Assembly: GCA_963781885.1 (NCBI GenBank) | Contig: CAWAHW010000004.1 | Location: 544,001 to 608,000 of the forward strand | Length of the DNA: 64,000 nt | Reading direction: 5' to 3' | Source of the DNA: an uncultured Spirochaetota bacterium | GTDB taxonomy: Bacteria; Spirochaetota; Spirochaetia; SZUA-6; Fen-1364 | Part shown: in pieces, positions 29,663 to 39,133 of the stretch | Layout of the letters: each line of letters opens with the position of its first letter | Numbering within the stretch: the stretch's first letter is position 1 | Position numbers and translations under genes: made by a program | The notes under the pieces: generated by a model | Told to the model about the DNA's origin: nothing | What the model saw: the letters and a program-made list of their open reading frames with translations, nothing else | The model's database searches: none

Positions 29663-32269
29663 CTACGCGTCCGGGACGGTAAGGAGCCCCCGCTTGCGTG
29701 CCAACTCTATTGCCTCCGTGCGCCGCGCGGCGCCGAGCTTCGAGAGGATGCTGGCGACGTGTGTCTTCACCGTGGGCAGGGAGACGAACAGAGCGGCCGC
29801 GATCTTGGCATTCGTCTCGCCGCGTGCCATGTGGAGGAGGACCTCGGCCTCGCGCTCGCTGAGGATCGCCTCACCGCGCGGCGCCGCCGGGACCGACACG
29901 GCCGGCGACGAACGGAGCAATCGCAGGTGGATGGCGCGCGTGAGGAAGGCCCGCTCCCGCGGCCCCAGCGACCGACTCTCGTCGGCAAGCGCGTCGCGGA
30001 ACAGGGAAGCAGGGAGCTCGTTCTCCACGACGAAGGGCATGATGAAATCCTCGGGAACGGCGTAGTGAAGGGCTTCCCGGATCGCGTCGAGTGCAGTGTC
30101 GCGGTCGTCGCCCGACCGGGCCGCCTTGAGGAGGAGGCCGTCGACCAGACCCGAAACGTCGGTGTCGGCCCGCATGCGGGCAAGCGCGTCATCCAGCCGG
30201 TCCGCTGACCGGGGATCGTCCGGAGACAGTCGGCTCTCCAGCATGAGCTCTTCCGACGTGAGCCCGTCAGGGTCTTCCTGGTCACAGAGCGCCTGATAGG
30301 CGGCCTTCATGTCGGCGTCCGCCCCGCCCAGTCGATCCAGGTCCAGGAGGTAGTGGGCGTAGACGAGGTGAAGCCGCGGCGCCGCGCAAAGGGGACGCAG
30401 GAGATTCCGTGCCTTCTCCTGCTCGCCGCGACAGATCAGGAGCTCCACCTCGTTGATCTCGAAGCCTGCATCCAACGTGCGCGGCTGGCCGTCCACCATG
30501 GGACGACCTTGCTCGAGCAGCGCGGCAGCCTCGTCGAGAAGAAAGCGCTTCATGAAGATGCCGGCGCGCCCCAGGTGGACGTACGCGGCAAGATGGGCAT
30601 GATCGGGATTTGCCACGAGCCATGTCATCATCTCATCGTAGAGTCGCAGGCATCGATCCAGCTCCCCGCACTCCTCCCGGATCTGCGCCTCCGCGATGAG
30701 CGCGAAGAATTTCATCCCCCCCGGCCCATCCCAGCCGTCGATCGACCGGAGCCGTTCGATGGCCTCCCGCGCCGGGCCCGGGCGGCATTGGCCGTTGAGC
30801 TCCATGGCGTGACGGAGCAGCATGATGATCCGGGTCGCCCCGGCCACCGACGCCCGCGGCGCGCGCCTGTCCGCCGGCGTCGTGAACCGGGGCACGAAGA
30901 CCACCGGATCAGATGTCGGCGGCGGGAACATGAATGAGAGGAAATGGGCAGTCTGGGCAAGCTCAGCCGGCGCGTCCGCGGGAAAGTGCTCGATCAGGTA
31001 GCGACATTCCGCAAGCTCATTGCGCGCGAAGTGGATAAAGGCCCGCTGCATGGCGATCTCGGGATCGGCGATCGCGCACCCGCGCGGGATGCGCAGCAGA
31101 TAGTGTGCGCCCAGGGCGGAGGAGGAGACGATGCGGGTGAGGCGCAGGATGGCCTGCTCGTCGCCGAGGAGGAGGGCAATCTCAAGGGCCGCTGCCGGCT
31201 GTCCGTCCGCCTCGTAGGCTGCCCCGGCGCGGCCGAGAGCCGGCGCCCAGCGCTCAGGGCTCGCCGTATAGCGCTCGCGGAGAAAAGCGGCCAGAAGGGG
31301 GTGGATCCGCCGCGTCTCCTCGCCCGACCGCAGCGTGCCGAGGAACGGGATGCGCCGCTGGAGGCTTGCAAGGAGCGACGGCATGTCCGACCCGGGAAAG
31401 CAGGCCTGGAGGATCGCAGCCTCGAAGTCCGGAAGGACGGCGGCCACGATCAGGATGTCCCGCTCCATCTCGCCGAGGCTGCCCACGATTTCCCGGGCAA
31501 GGAACTGCCAGAGATACGCTGTTGCCGCGGGCGTGCGGCCGGCGCCGGCTCCCGGTAACAGGCGCTCCGCGACGGCGAGCATCTGCAGCGCGCCCACCCA
31601 GCCGTCGGCACTCGAGATGAGGCGCTCCTCCACCTCCGGCATCAGCGCGAGCCCCTCGAAAGATCCCAACACGGCGCGCGCCTCTGCCTCGGTCAGGCGG
31701 AAGCCTTCGTGATCGACGTGGGTGAGCTCGCCGTGGAGCGCAAGATCGCCCAGATATTCCGTGGGCTCCTCGCGGGAGGTGACGATGAAGCGCAGCGACT
31801 CCGGCGCGCCACGAATCCATTCGAGGATCGTCAGCCATGCCTCGGTTCCGAAAAGGGCATGTGCGTCGTCCAGGACGATCACGGTGTCGGCAGCATCCGC
31901 CAGCGCGTTCGAGATGCAGGCAGCGAGGCGCTCGACGGCGCCCCGCTCGTAGCTCGCGGCAAGAAGCTCCTTCACCTGGCCCGCCGCCTCGCCGAGGAAG
32001 GGTGCCAGGGCCTCCACGATGTAGCTCCACGCGGCAAAGCCCTCGGCATCGGTCGGCTCGAAGCTCACCCACGCGCAGCGCGCCGCCGCGCGGACGATGG
32101 ACGCGGCGAGCCATGTCTTCCCCATGCCGGGGCCCGCCGTGAGGAGGGTCACCCGGCGCGCGGGGCTCGTTGCCGCCGCGAGCAGGCGCGGCCTTTCCAC
32201 TGCGTCGTCGGCGCGGGGCGGCGAGAGCTTCGTACGCAGGAGGACCCGGGCCGTCTTGTTCGCCGCCAA
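29663..32269 (-). CDS. MalT-like LuxR regulator (STAND ATPase, C-terminal HTH)
   Basis: LRTKLSPP, VERPRL, AGPGMGKT, VLDDAH, DGW, LSEREAEVL...TVKTHV. TTG start inferred. Confidence 0.88.
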   Translation of the reverse strand: MAANKTARVLLRTKLSPPRADDAVERPRLLAAATSPARRVTLLTAGPGMGKTWLAASIVRAAARCAWVSFEPTDAEGFAAWSYIVEALAPFLGEAAGQVKELLAASYERGAVERLAACISNALADAADTVIVLDDAHALFGTEAWLTILEWIRGAPESLRFIVTSREEPTEYLGDLALHGELTHVDHEGFRLTEAEARAVLGSFEGLALMPEVEERLISSADGWVGALQMLAVAERLLPGAGAGRTPAATAYLWQFLAREIVGSLGEMERDILIVAAVLPDFEAAILQACFPGSDMPSLLASLQRRIPFLGTLRSGEETRRIHPLLAAFLRERYTASPERWAPALGRAGAAYEADGQPAAALEIALLLGDEQAILRLTRIVSSSALGAHYLLRIPRGCAIADPEIAMQRAFIHFARNELAECRYLIEHFPADAPAELAQTAHFLSFMFPPPTSDPVVFVPRFTTPADRRAPRASVAGATRIIMLLRHAMELNGQCRPGPAREAIERLRSIDGWDGPGGMKFFALIAEAQIREECGELDRCLRLYDEMMTWLVANPDHAHLAAYVHLGRAGIFMKRFLLDEAAALLEQGRPMVDGQPRTLDAGFEINEVELLICRGEQEKARNLLRPLCAAPRLHLVYAHYLLDLDRLGGADADMKAAYQALCDQEDPDGLTSEELMLESRLSPDDPRSADRLDDALARMRADTDVSGLVDGLLLKAARSGDDRDTALDAIREALHYAVPEDFIMPFVVENELPASLFRDALADESRSLGPRERAFLTRAIHLRLLRSSPAVSVPAAPRGEAILSEREAEVLLHMARGETNAKIAAALFVSLPTVKTHVASILSKLGAARRTEAIELARKRGLLTVPDA

Positions 32270-32276
32270 CGATTTC

Positions 32277-33284
32277 CTACCACTTCCCGCGCCGCAGACG
32301 CGACGCCGTGACGAGATACGCGGTGAGACCGAAGGCCGCGATGACCGCGACGACGATCGCCACGGAGGCGCCGATGCGCGCGTCTCCCGCCTCCAGCTTC
32401 CCGGTGAGCTCCATGATAGCGCGCTGCGGCATGATCGTCGACACGGCGCGAAGGAGCCCGCCCTGCGCCGCGGGGGCGATGAAGGAGCCGGAGAGCAGAG
32501 TCGTGAACAGGGTGGCCATGCTCGCAACCGAGACGGCCTGGTCCTCGTCGGGCATGAGCGTTTCGATCAGGAGCGCAAAGGTCGATGCGAGGGCCGCCGT
32601 GCACCCCAGGACGAGCAGCCAGGCCGGCAGGCTCAGCCCCAGCCCATTGCCCATGAGCGCGCCCTCCACGAGCACGGTGAGCAGGGCAGGCACAAAGCAG
32701 AGAAGGAACGTGAAGATGCCCTGCGCCGCAAGATAGGTGCCGGCGCGGACAGGAGCCTGGCCCAGGCGATGGAGCATTCGCCGCTCCTTGTCCTGTGCGT
32801 AGAACCTTCCGCACATCACGCCGACCAGGAGGAGGAACATGAGCCAAATGCCCATGAGCGAGCTCGGCATGCCGCGTGGGACCGCCCCGGGGGCCGTCGG
32901 CGGCGGGGTGACCGCCCCCGGGGCGCCGGCGCCGAGAAGAGTCGCGATCGTCGTTTCAACGCTCCGGGACCGCGCACGCTCCACAACCGCTGAGCCGTCC
33001 GCGGCGACTCTCACCACGGCATCGAGCCTGCCCAGCGCCAGGTCGGAAAGATCGGGCTCCCGGCGGGGGTACGTCACCGTGACGCGGGGAACACCGGCGA
33101 GGAGGTGCGAGGATGCGGCGCCCGGGCCAACGACTGCCACGCGCAGGCTGCCTTCGCTGGGCAGAGTCACGAATAGCGCGATCTGCGCCACGACGACGAG
33201 CAGCATGGCGCACACCGCGTATTCGCCGCGGGCAGCCCAGGCTCTCCAAAAGAGATTTTTCAGGATCGCGCCGAAGACGCTCAT
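32277..33284 (-). CDS. ABC-2 type exporter permease
   Basis: MSVFGAIL..., DKERRMLHRLGQAPV, LLSGSF. Confidence 0.82.
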   Translation of the reverse strand: MSVFGAILKNLFWRAWAARGEYAVCAMLLVVVAQIALFVTLPSEGSLRVAVVGPGAASSHLLAGVPRVTVTYPRREPDLSDLALGRLDAVVRVAADGSAVVERARSRSVETTIATLLGAGAPGAVTPPPTAPGAVPRGMPSSLMGIWLMFLLLVGVMCGRFYAQDKERRMLHRLGQAPVRAGTYLAAQGIFTFLLCFVPALLTVLVEGALMGNGLGLSLPAWLLVLGCTAALASTFALLIETLMPDEDQAVSVASMATLFTTLLSGSFIAPAAQGGLLRAVSTIMPQRAIMELTGKLEAGDARIGASVAIVVAVIAAFGLTAYLVTASRLRRGKW

Positions 33285-34021
33285 ACGTAGTCCTCCGACT
33301 TGAACGATGCGCGGCAGGCAAGGATCGCGGCTGCCGCGACGAGCACGGCGATGAGGGTCGCTTTCACTGCGCCGCCGGCCCGTCCGTCCCAGACGTATCG
33401 GAATGCCGCCTCCCGGATCCACGTGAAGGGAGAGAAAAAGGCCACGGTGGCCGCCGTTCGGCCCAGACTCTCCATGCTGAAGAACACCCCTCCCACGGCG
33501 GCGGCGACATTCATGACGAGGCTGAGGAGCCGGTTGGCCGTGGGCTCGTCCTTGACCAGGCAACAGAGGAAGACCCCGACGCTCGTGGAGGCAAAGGTGA
33601 CGGCCAGGACGAGGGGCGCAAGACCCATACCCAGGGCCGGCCCGAGACGGACGCCCGCCAGGGAGAGGACGATCATGTCCACCACGTACCCCGCCCCGCA
33701 GAAGATCGTCGTGGCGAGGATCTTGCCCAGGTAGAGCGCCGCGAGGGGAACCGGGGTGAAGAGGACCCGGAGATTCGTCGGCTTCAGGGTTTTCTCCATG
33801 AAGCTGTTCGTGGCGATCATGGATGAGTAGACAGCCATGTATATCATGATGTTGACCGCGCACACGTCCCACCCCGTCATTGCCCCTCCGAAAAGCCCTT
33901 CGTTCAGAAGGCCCAGGAGGCCGATGAGGACGAGGGGGAACAGGAGCGCGCTGAAAACGAACGATCTCTTGCGCAGCAGGTTGAGGATGTCTCTCCTCAC
34001 GATGAGTGTCAGTGCGTGCAT
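33281..34021 (-). CDS. ABC-2 type exporter permease
   Basis: NSFME...RVLFTPV...GKIL, GGVFF, SPFTW. Confidence 0.85.
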   Translation of the reverse strand: MHALTLIVRRDILNLLRKRSFVFSALLFPLVLIGLLGLLNEGLFGGAMTGWDVCAVNIMIYMAVYSSMIATNSFMEKTLKPTNLRVLFTPVPLAALYLGKILATTIFCGAGYVVDMIVLSLAGVRLGPALGMGLAPLVLAVTFASTSVGVFLCCLVKDEPTANRLLSLVMNVAAAVGGVFFSMESLGRTAATVAFFSPFTWIREAAFRYVWDGRAGGAVKATLIAVLVAAAAILACRASFKSEDYV

Positions 34022-34030
34022 GGCATCCTC

Positions 34031-34969
34031 CTAGTCGCGAAGGCTGCGGCCGGTGAGCCGTAGGAAGACCTGCTCGAGGCTGGGCTCCACGCTCGTCACG
34101 CCAATGAGCTTCCGCCGCGCCGCCACGACGACCCGGATCACGGCGTCCAGATTCTCCACGCCCCGGACGGTCTCCACGTCGAGGATGTTTCCCGTCTGCC
34201 GGCAGGTCTTCACGCCGGGCACCTTGTACAGCGGCGCTGCAGGGAACGGCTCCTCGCCGTCCAGCTCGATGCGGTAGCGACGCACGTCGCCGAGGCTCTC
34301 CTTGAGCGATTCGGTGGTGCCCTCGGCAACCGACACGCCATGGTCCATGATGAGGATCCTGTCGCCGATCGCCTCCACCTCCTCCATGTAGTGGCTCGTG
34401 TAGATGATGGTCGTGCCGGAATCGCGCAGGCTCTTGATGGACTCCAGCATATGATTGCGCGACTGGGGATCGATGCCGACGGTCGGCTCGTCCATGATGA
34501 GAAGGGATGGCCGATGGCAGATCGCACAGGCGATGTTCAGCCGACGCTTCATGCCGCCGGAGAAGGTGTCCACCTTGTCCGCGGCCCTGTCCTCGAGCCC
34601 GGCAAAGGTCAGCGCCTCGTCGATCCGCCGTCTCTTCTCGCCATCCCGCAGTCCGTACAGGGACGCGAAGAAGTCGATATTGTCGCGCGCGCTGAGGACG
34701 CCGTAGAGGGCGACGTCCTGCGGCACCACGCCAAGCTGGCGCAGGTAGCCGGGGGATCGGCGTCCCACCTCCTGACCGCGGAAACTGACGGTGCCGCCAT
34801 CCGGCGGGAGCACGGAGGTGATCATGGCGATCGTCGTGCTCTTTCCCGCACCGTTCGGACCCAGGAGACAGAATATCTCTCCCTCGCGCACGTCGAAAAA
34901 GATGTCCGCCACCGCCTGTGTCGCGCCGAACGATTTCCTTAGATGCTGAACCTGCAAGAACGCGCTCAT
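34031..34969 (-). CDS. ABC exporter ATP-binding protein
   Basis: GPNGAGKS, FSGGMKRRLN, DEPTVGIDPQSR, TSHYMEE, SLEQVFL. Confidence 0.93.
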   Translation of the reverse strand: MSAFLQVQHLRKSFGATQAVADIFFDVREGEIFCLLGPNGAGKSTTIAMITSVLPPDGGTVSFRGQEVGRRSPGYLRQLGVVPQDVALYGVLSARDNIDFFASLYGLRDGEKRRRIDEALTFAGLEDRAADKVDTFSGGMKRRLNIACAICHRPSLLIMDEPTVGIDPQSRNHMLESIKSLRDSGTTIIYTSHYMEEVEAIGDRILIMDHGVSVAEGTTESLKESLGDVRRYRIELDGEEPFPAAPLYKVPGVKTCRQTGNILDVETVRGVENLDAVIRVVVAARRKLIGVTSVEPSLEQVFLRLTGRSLRD

Positions 34970-35026
34970 GTCCGCTCCTTTCCCGCATACCATAGCGGGG
35001 AACGGGCGGCCCAACCTCGGCCGAAG

Positions 35027-35058
35027 GGATGATTCGGGGGATGATTCGCCGGGGATGA
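35027..35058. promoter_or_regulatory. Three GGATGA direct repeats (MalT-box-like)
   Basis: GGATGA at 35027, 35039 and 35053, upstream of the exporter/malT-like operon. Confidence 0.6.
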
Positions 35059-35161
35059 GGCATCGCCGCCGCTCTTGCGGACAGGGTGACGGCGGAGCTA
35101 TAATGCGTACAGTTCCACATCAGTGTCGAGGCAACCGTCTCCTTTGCAGGGGAGTCGTGCA

Positions 35162-37227
35162 ATGAGAATACGGCGCTTTGCAACGGGAATCCGGCGAAGC
35201 CAGCAATCGTCTCGGGCCTCCTGGATTGCGCGGCGGCATCCCCTGCTGGCCGGTCTGTTTGCCTTTATCCTTTTCGGGACAGCTTCAGCGGCAGGCGCGG
35301 GCGCGCAGGAGAAGCGCGTTGCCCTGGTCATCGGCAACGCTGCCTACAAGTCGCTGCCTGCCTTGAAAAACTCCGTAAACGACGCCATCGACATGGCGGG
35401 CAAGCTTGCCTCCCTTGGATTTGAAGTCATCAAGGTCACCGATGCGACCCAGCAGGCCATGGAGGCCGGCGTTCGAGAGTTCGGAGAAGAGCTCGCGGGA
35501 AGCGACGTGGGGCTGTTCTATTATTCCGGCCATGGGGTCCAATCCGCAGGGATCAATTACCTCATTCCCGTTGACGCCGACGTCAAGGCAGAGATGGACC
35601 TCAAGTACAAGACGGTGCAGGCTGATTTCGTCCTGGACTACATGAGCAATGCCGGGTGCAAGCTGAACATCATCGTCCTGGATGCATGCCGCGACAACCC
35701 CTTCGCCGCCTTCAGGACCGCGACGCGCGGATTGGCGATCATCTCGGCTCCCCGAGGCTCGATCGTCGTCTACTCCACCAGCCCGGGGTCCGTCGCGGAG
35801 GATGGGCTCGGCAGAAACGGGACCTTCACGTCGGCGCTCCTGAAGAACATCGAGACGCCGGGCCTGGACATGAAGCAGATGTTCGACAAGGTGGGTCAGG
35901 AGGTGCAAGGCGCGACAGGCGGCAGGCAGGTGCCATGGCTCCTCTCGTCGTACTTTGGCACCTTCCAGTTCGCGCACGCGGCTGCCAGTGAGGTCGCCTC
36001 TGCGCCGCCGTCGAGCGCGCCCGTCAGCGCGATGAGCGTCCAGAAGGCCTTTGGATCGATCCAGGTGGAGGTGAAGACCGGGGCCAAAGTATTCGTCGAC
36101 GGCGTGGGCAAAGGAGAGCTGGGCCCGGGAGCGGTCGGCACGATCTCAGGAATGGAGGTGGGCAGTCGGAGCGTTGAGGTGCGGTATGCCGACGGTCACA
36201 TCGATCGACAAACGCTTACCGTGGAGCGAGACAAGACCGCGGCGGCGAGCTTCAGCTACGTGGTCCCGCCGCCGTCGGCCTCTCCCCCTTACCCGGCCCG
36301 GACGGGCCCCGCGGGGGCCGTTCAATCGCCTGCCACGGCAAGCCCATCCGCGGCGCCTCCGTCCCAGCCCTCTGGCCCGACCAACGCAGCCGTTTCGCCG
36401 ACATCGGCACCTTCCCAGACAGCCGTGTTGCAGGCGTCCCTCCGGCGACGGGAGTGAAGCCTGCTCCGACGGCAACGGTGTCAGACCCGCAAAGCCCGCT
36501 CCGACGGCAGCGGCGTCAGAGCCCGCGAAGGCCGCGCCGGTGGCGTCAAACGCGGTAGCGCAATCACCGGCAACCGCCGGCACTCTCCCTTCGACCCCGC
36601 CTTCCACCCCCGCAGCCCCCGGTTCCAGCGGGAGGATTTCTCTGCATTGGTTGCCCAAGGGTTCGGTGGTGAACCTGGACGGAAAGAAGCTCACGTCACC
36701 CATCATCCCGGGCGACGAATACTTGATCGCCAACCTGGTTCCCCGGAGCTACGCCGTCTCCGTGACCGTCCCCAACGCCGGTGTTTTCTCAAGTACTGTC
36801 GTCGTGGACCCGGGGCAGACAGCGACGATCCAAAAGCCGGATGCGTTTCTTCTTGCCGGCTATCAGAAGGCCCGCGCGCAAGCAGCGGCCACCCTTAAGA
36901 CGGCGCCGGCCTTGCGCACGACCGGATGGATCACCCTATCAGTCGGCGGAGTCGGGGCTCTTGGGGCGGTGGCCAGCTTCTTCCTCGGACAACACCAGTA
37001 TGCTCTCTATATAGCCGCGAGCAGCAGCGCGGACGCCGCGTCGTATCGCTCTAGTACCGAATTGTACTCCTATCTCTTCCTGAGCAGCGTCATCGTCGGG
37101 GGGCTGGGCATCGGCGGGGGCGGCCTTCTTGCATTGCTGGTGCCCACGCAGAGCTCGATAAAGGCCAGCATCGAGAAGCTGGACGAAGAGATCGGGGCGC
37201 TTTCAGGCGCGGGGGCCGGCGCAATGA
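35162..37227 (+). CDS. Exported caspase-family (peptidase C14) protein with PEGA-like domains, Pro/Ala linker and C-terminal TM hairpin (several indels)
   Basis: RVALVIGN, YYSGHG and LDACR His-Cys dyad; signal peptide. Two 1-nt deletions (~36440, ~36485) connect it to frame 36174. 3' end inferred at the ATGA overlap 37224-37227. Confidence 0.75.
36457..36527 (+). repeat. Tandem 36-nt coding repeat (KPAPTAxxSEPA x2)
   Basis: AAGCCTGCTCCGACGGCAACGGTGTCAGA-CCCGCA versus AAGCCCGCTCCGACGGCAGCGGCGTCAGAGCCCGCG. Confidence 0.75.
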
Positions 37228-39107
37228 ATGCGCAAAAACTGAAAGTGGGGGCCCTGCTCATTGTAACGTGCCTCCTCTCATCGACCTGCACGCAGATGTG
37301 GGGACCGCTCAACAACCCTTACGATCCAAAAAGCGCCATGCTCCTGTGGGATTCGCACCTCGTGACTGGGGCGCGGTCATGGGGAGGAATCGCGTCCTCG
37401 GCTGATGGCTCCCATCTGGCAGCATGCACCGACTACTTGAATGTCTTTACGTCAGCCGATGGCGGTTCCAATTGGACGGAGCGTAATCCATTCGGGTTGA
37501 ATCAGTTGACAGCACCCGCGCGGATTTCCAGCTCCTCCGACGGCACCCATCTGGCCGCCTGCTACAGCGGAGGAAGCATATACACATCGAGCGACGCCGG
37601 CGCCACATGGACCGGTCAAACGGCCTCAGGGACGCGAGAATGGAATGACATCGCCTGTTCGGCCGACGGAAGTCATATCGCAGCGTGTGTGCAGAATGGA
37701 GACATTTACATCTCGGCTGACGGAGGCGCCACCTGGACCGATCAGACAGGCGCGGGATCACATTATTGGACCGGGATCGCTTCATCCTCCGATGGCAGCC
37801 ATCTTGCCGCGTGTGACGGAGGCCCCGGGTATATCTACCTTTCCGCAGACGGTGGATCGAGCTGGACGGCCCAGGCGGCGCCGGGAATCGGGAGTTGGAC
37901 GTGCGTTTCCTACTCTGCGAGTGGCAGCGTACTGGCCGCATGCGCGTGGAACAGGGACATCTGGACTTATGCACCGGGCACGTGGACCGATCAGGCCGGC
38001 TCTGGAAACTGGCAGTGGAGCTGCGTCGCCGTGTCTCCCGACGGCAGCCATCTCGCCGCAAGCGTCTATGGAGGCGACGTCTGGCATTCGACCAGCGGCA
38101 GTGGGACATGGCAAGATCAAGGCGTGGCGAATCCCCGGAACTGGGCGTCGCTCGCGTCATCCTCCGACGGCAGTCATCTGGCGGGCTGCGTCTATGGCGG
38201 GGATATCTTTTTGTCGAGCGACTGGGGTCAGAACTGGACTCTCTACGAGATTGCAGGAGCGAACTCGTGGAATTCGATGGCTTTCTCATCTGACGGCAGC
38301 CATATCGCTGCATGCGCGTACTGGAGCGACATCTTCACGTCGGCGGATGGCGGAGGCACGTGGACAGATGAATCGACAACGGGCTTTCAGGCATGGGCTG
38401 CGATCACTACCTCTTCCGACGGCAGCCACATCGCAGCCGCCGTCAACGGTGGTGACATCTGGACTTCCTCAAATGGCGGCGGCTCGTGGGCGGACAGCAC
38501 AAGCGCGCTCGGCGTCAAGCCGTGGTCAAGTATCGCCTCTTCATCGGACGGCAGCCACATCGCCGCGTGCGTCAACGGAGGAGACATCTTTACATCTCCC
38601 GACGGGGGAACGACATGGTTCGATCGTTCAACCGTGGGATCGGCAGCCTGGACATCGATCGCCTGCTCCGTTGATGGCAGCCACCTGATCTCCGGTGCGA
38701 ACAATGCGCTCATCGTCATATCGACGGACGGGGGAGCCACCTGGACTGCCCAAACGACAATCAGCGTAACGACTTGGCATTCCGTTGCCTCGTCACCGGA
38801 TGGAAGCCGTCTCGCGGCCTCCACAAGCAATAGCGTTTACACCTCCGCCGATGGAGGTACAACCTGGGTGTCACGATCGGTTCCGCAGACCTGCGATCCC
38901 TATTTCATCACGATCTCAGCCGACGGCAGCCACATCGCCGCATGCGGCGCTTCGGCCGACGTATATACCTCCGCGGATGGCGGGGCAACCTGGTACGACC
39001 AAACGGTCGGCGGCAAGAAGTATTGGAGCTCCCTGGCATTCTCCTCTGACGGGAGCCTCCTCGCTGCGTGCGCCGTCGGGGGAGACATCTACGTCGGGCA
39101 TAAGTAA
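37224..39107 (+). CDS. Putative lipoprotein with 14 BNR/Asp-box-like repeats (double beta-propeller)
   Basis: MNAQKLK...LLSSTC signal, NNPYDP, then 14 copies of W..IAxSxDGSH(L/I)AAC...I(Y/F)xSxDGGxTW. Confidence 0.78.
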   Translation: MNAQKLKVGALLIVTCLLSSTCTQMWGPLNNPYDPKSAMLLWDSHLVTGARSWGGIASSADGSHLAACTDYLNVFTSADGGSNWTERNPFGLNQLTAPARISSSSDGTHLAACYSGGSIYTSSDAGATWTGQTASGTREWNDIACSADGSHIAACVQNGDIYISADGGATWTDQTGAGSHYWTGIASSSDGSHLAACDGGPGYIYLSADGGSSWTAQAAPGIGSWTCVSYSASGSVLAACAWNRDIWTYAPGTWTDQAGSGNWQWSCVAVSPDGSHLAASVYGGDVWHSTSGSGTWQDQGVANPRNWASLASSSDGSHLAGCVYGGDIFLSSDWGQNWTLYEIAGANSWNSMAFSSDGSHIAACAYWSDIFTSADGGGTWTDESTTGFQAWAAITTSSDGSHIAAAVNGGDIWTSSNGGGSWADSTSALGVKPWSSIASSSDGSHIAACVNGGDIFTSPDGGTTWFDRSTVGSAAWTSIACSVDGSHLISGANNALIVISTDGGATWTAQTTISVTTWHSVASSPDGSRLAASTSNSVYTSADGGTTWVSRSVPQTCDPYFITISADGSHIAACGASADVYTSADGGATWYDQTVGGKKYWSSLAFSSDGSLLAACAVGGDIYVGHK

Positions 39108-39133
39108 GTGGAGGGGGCTCGCCAGAACCCAAG

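Noticed and set aside
32277-35183. 968-aa minus-strand ORF
   Set aside because: Only the last ~335 aa (from 33284) are a real permease; the rest is an Arg/Gly/Pro-rich shadow frame over two genuine genes.
36455-36457. In-frame TGA stops (also 54857-54859) as selenocysteine or readthrough
   Set aside because: Homology continues in a different frame, so indels explain them.
37300-39100. Repeating GACGGCAGCCA units as a CRISPR array or diversity-generating element
   Set aside because: They are degenerate in-frame codons of propeller repeats; no cas or reverse transcriptase gene is present.
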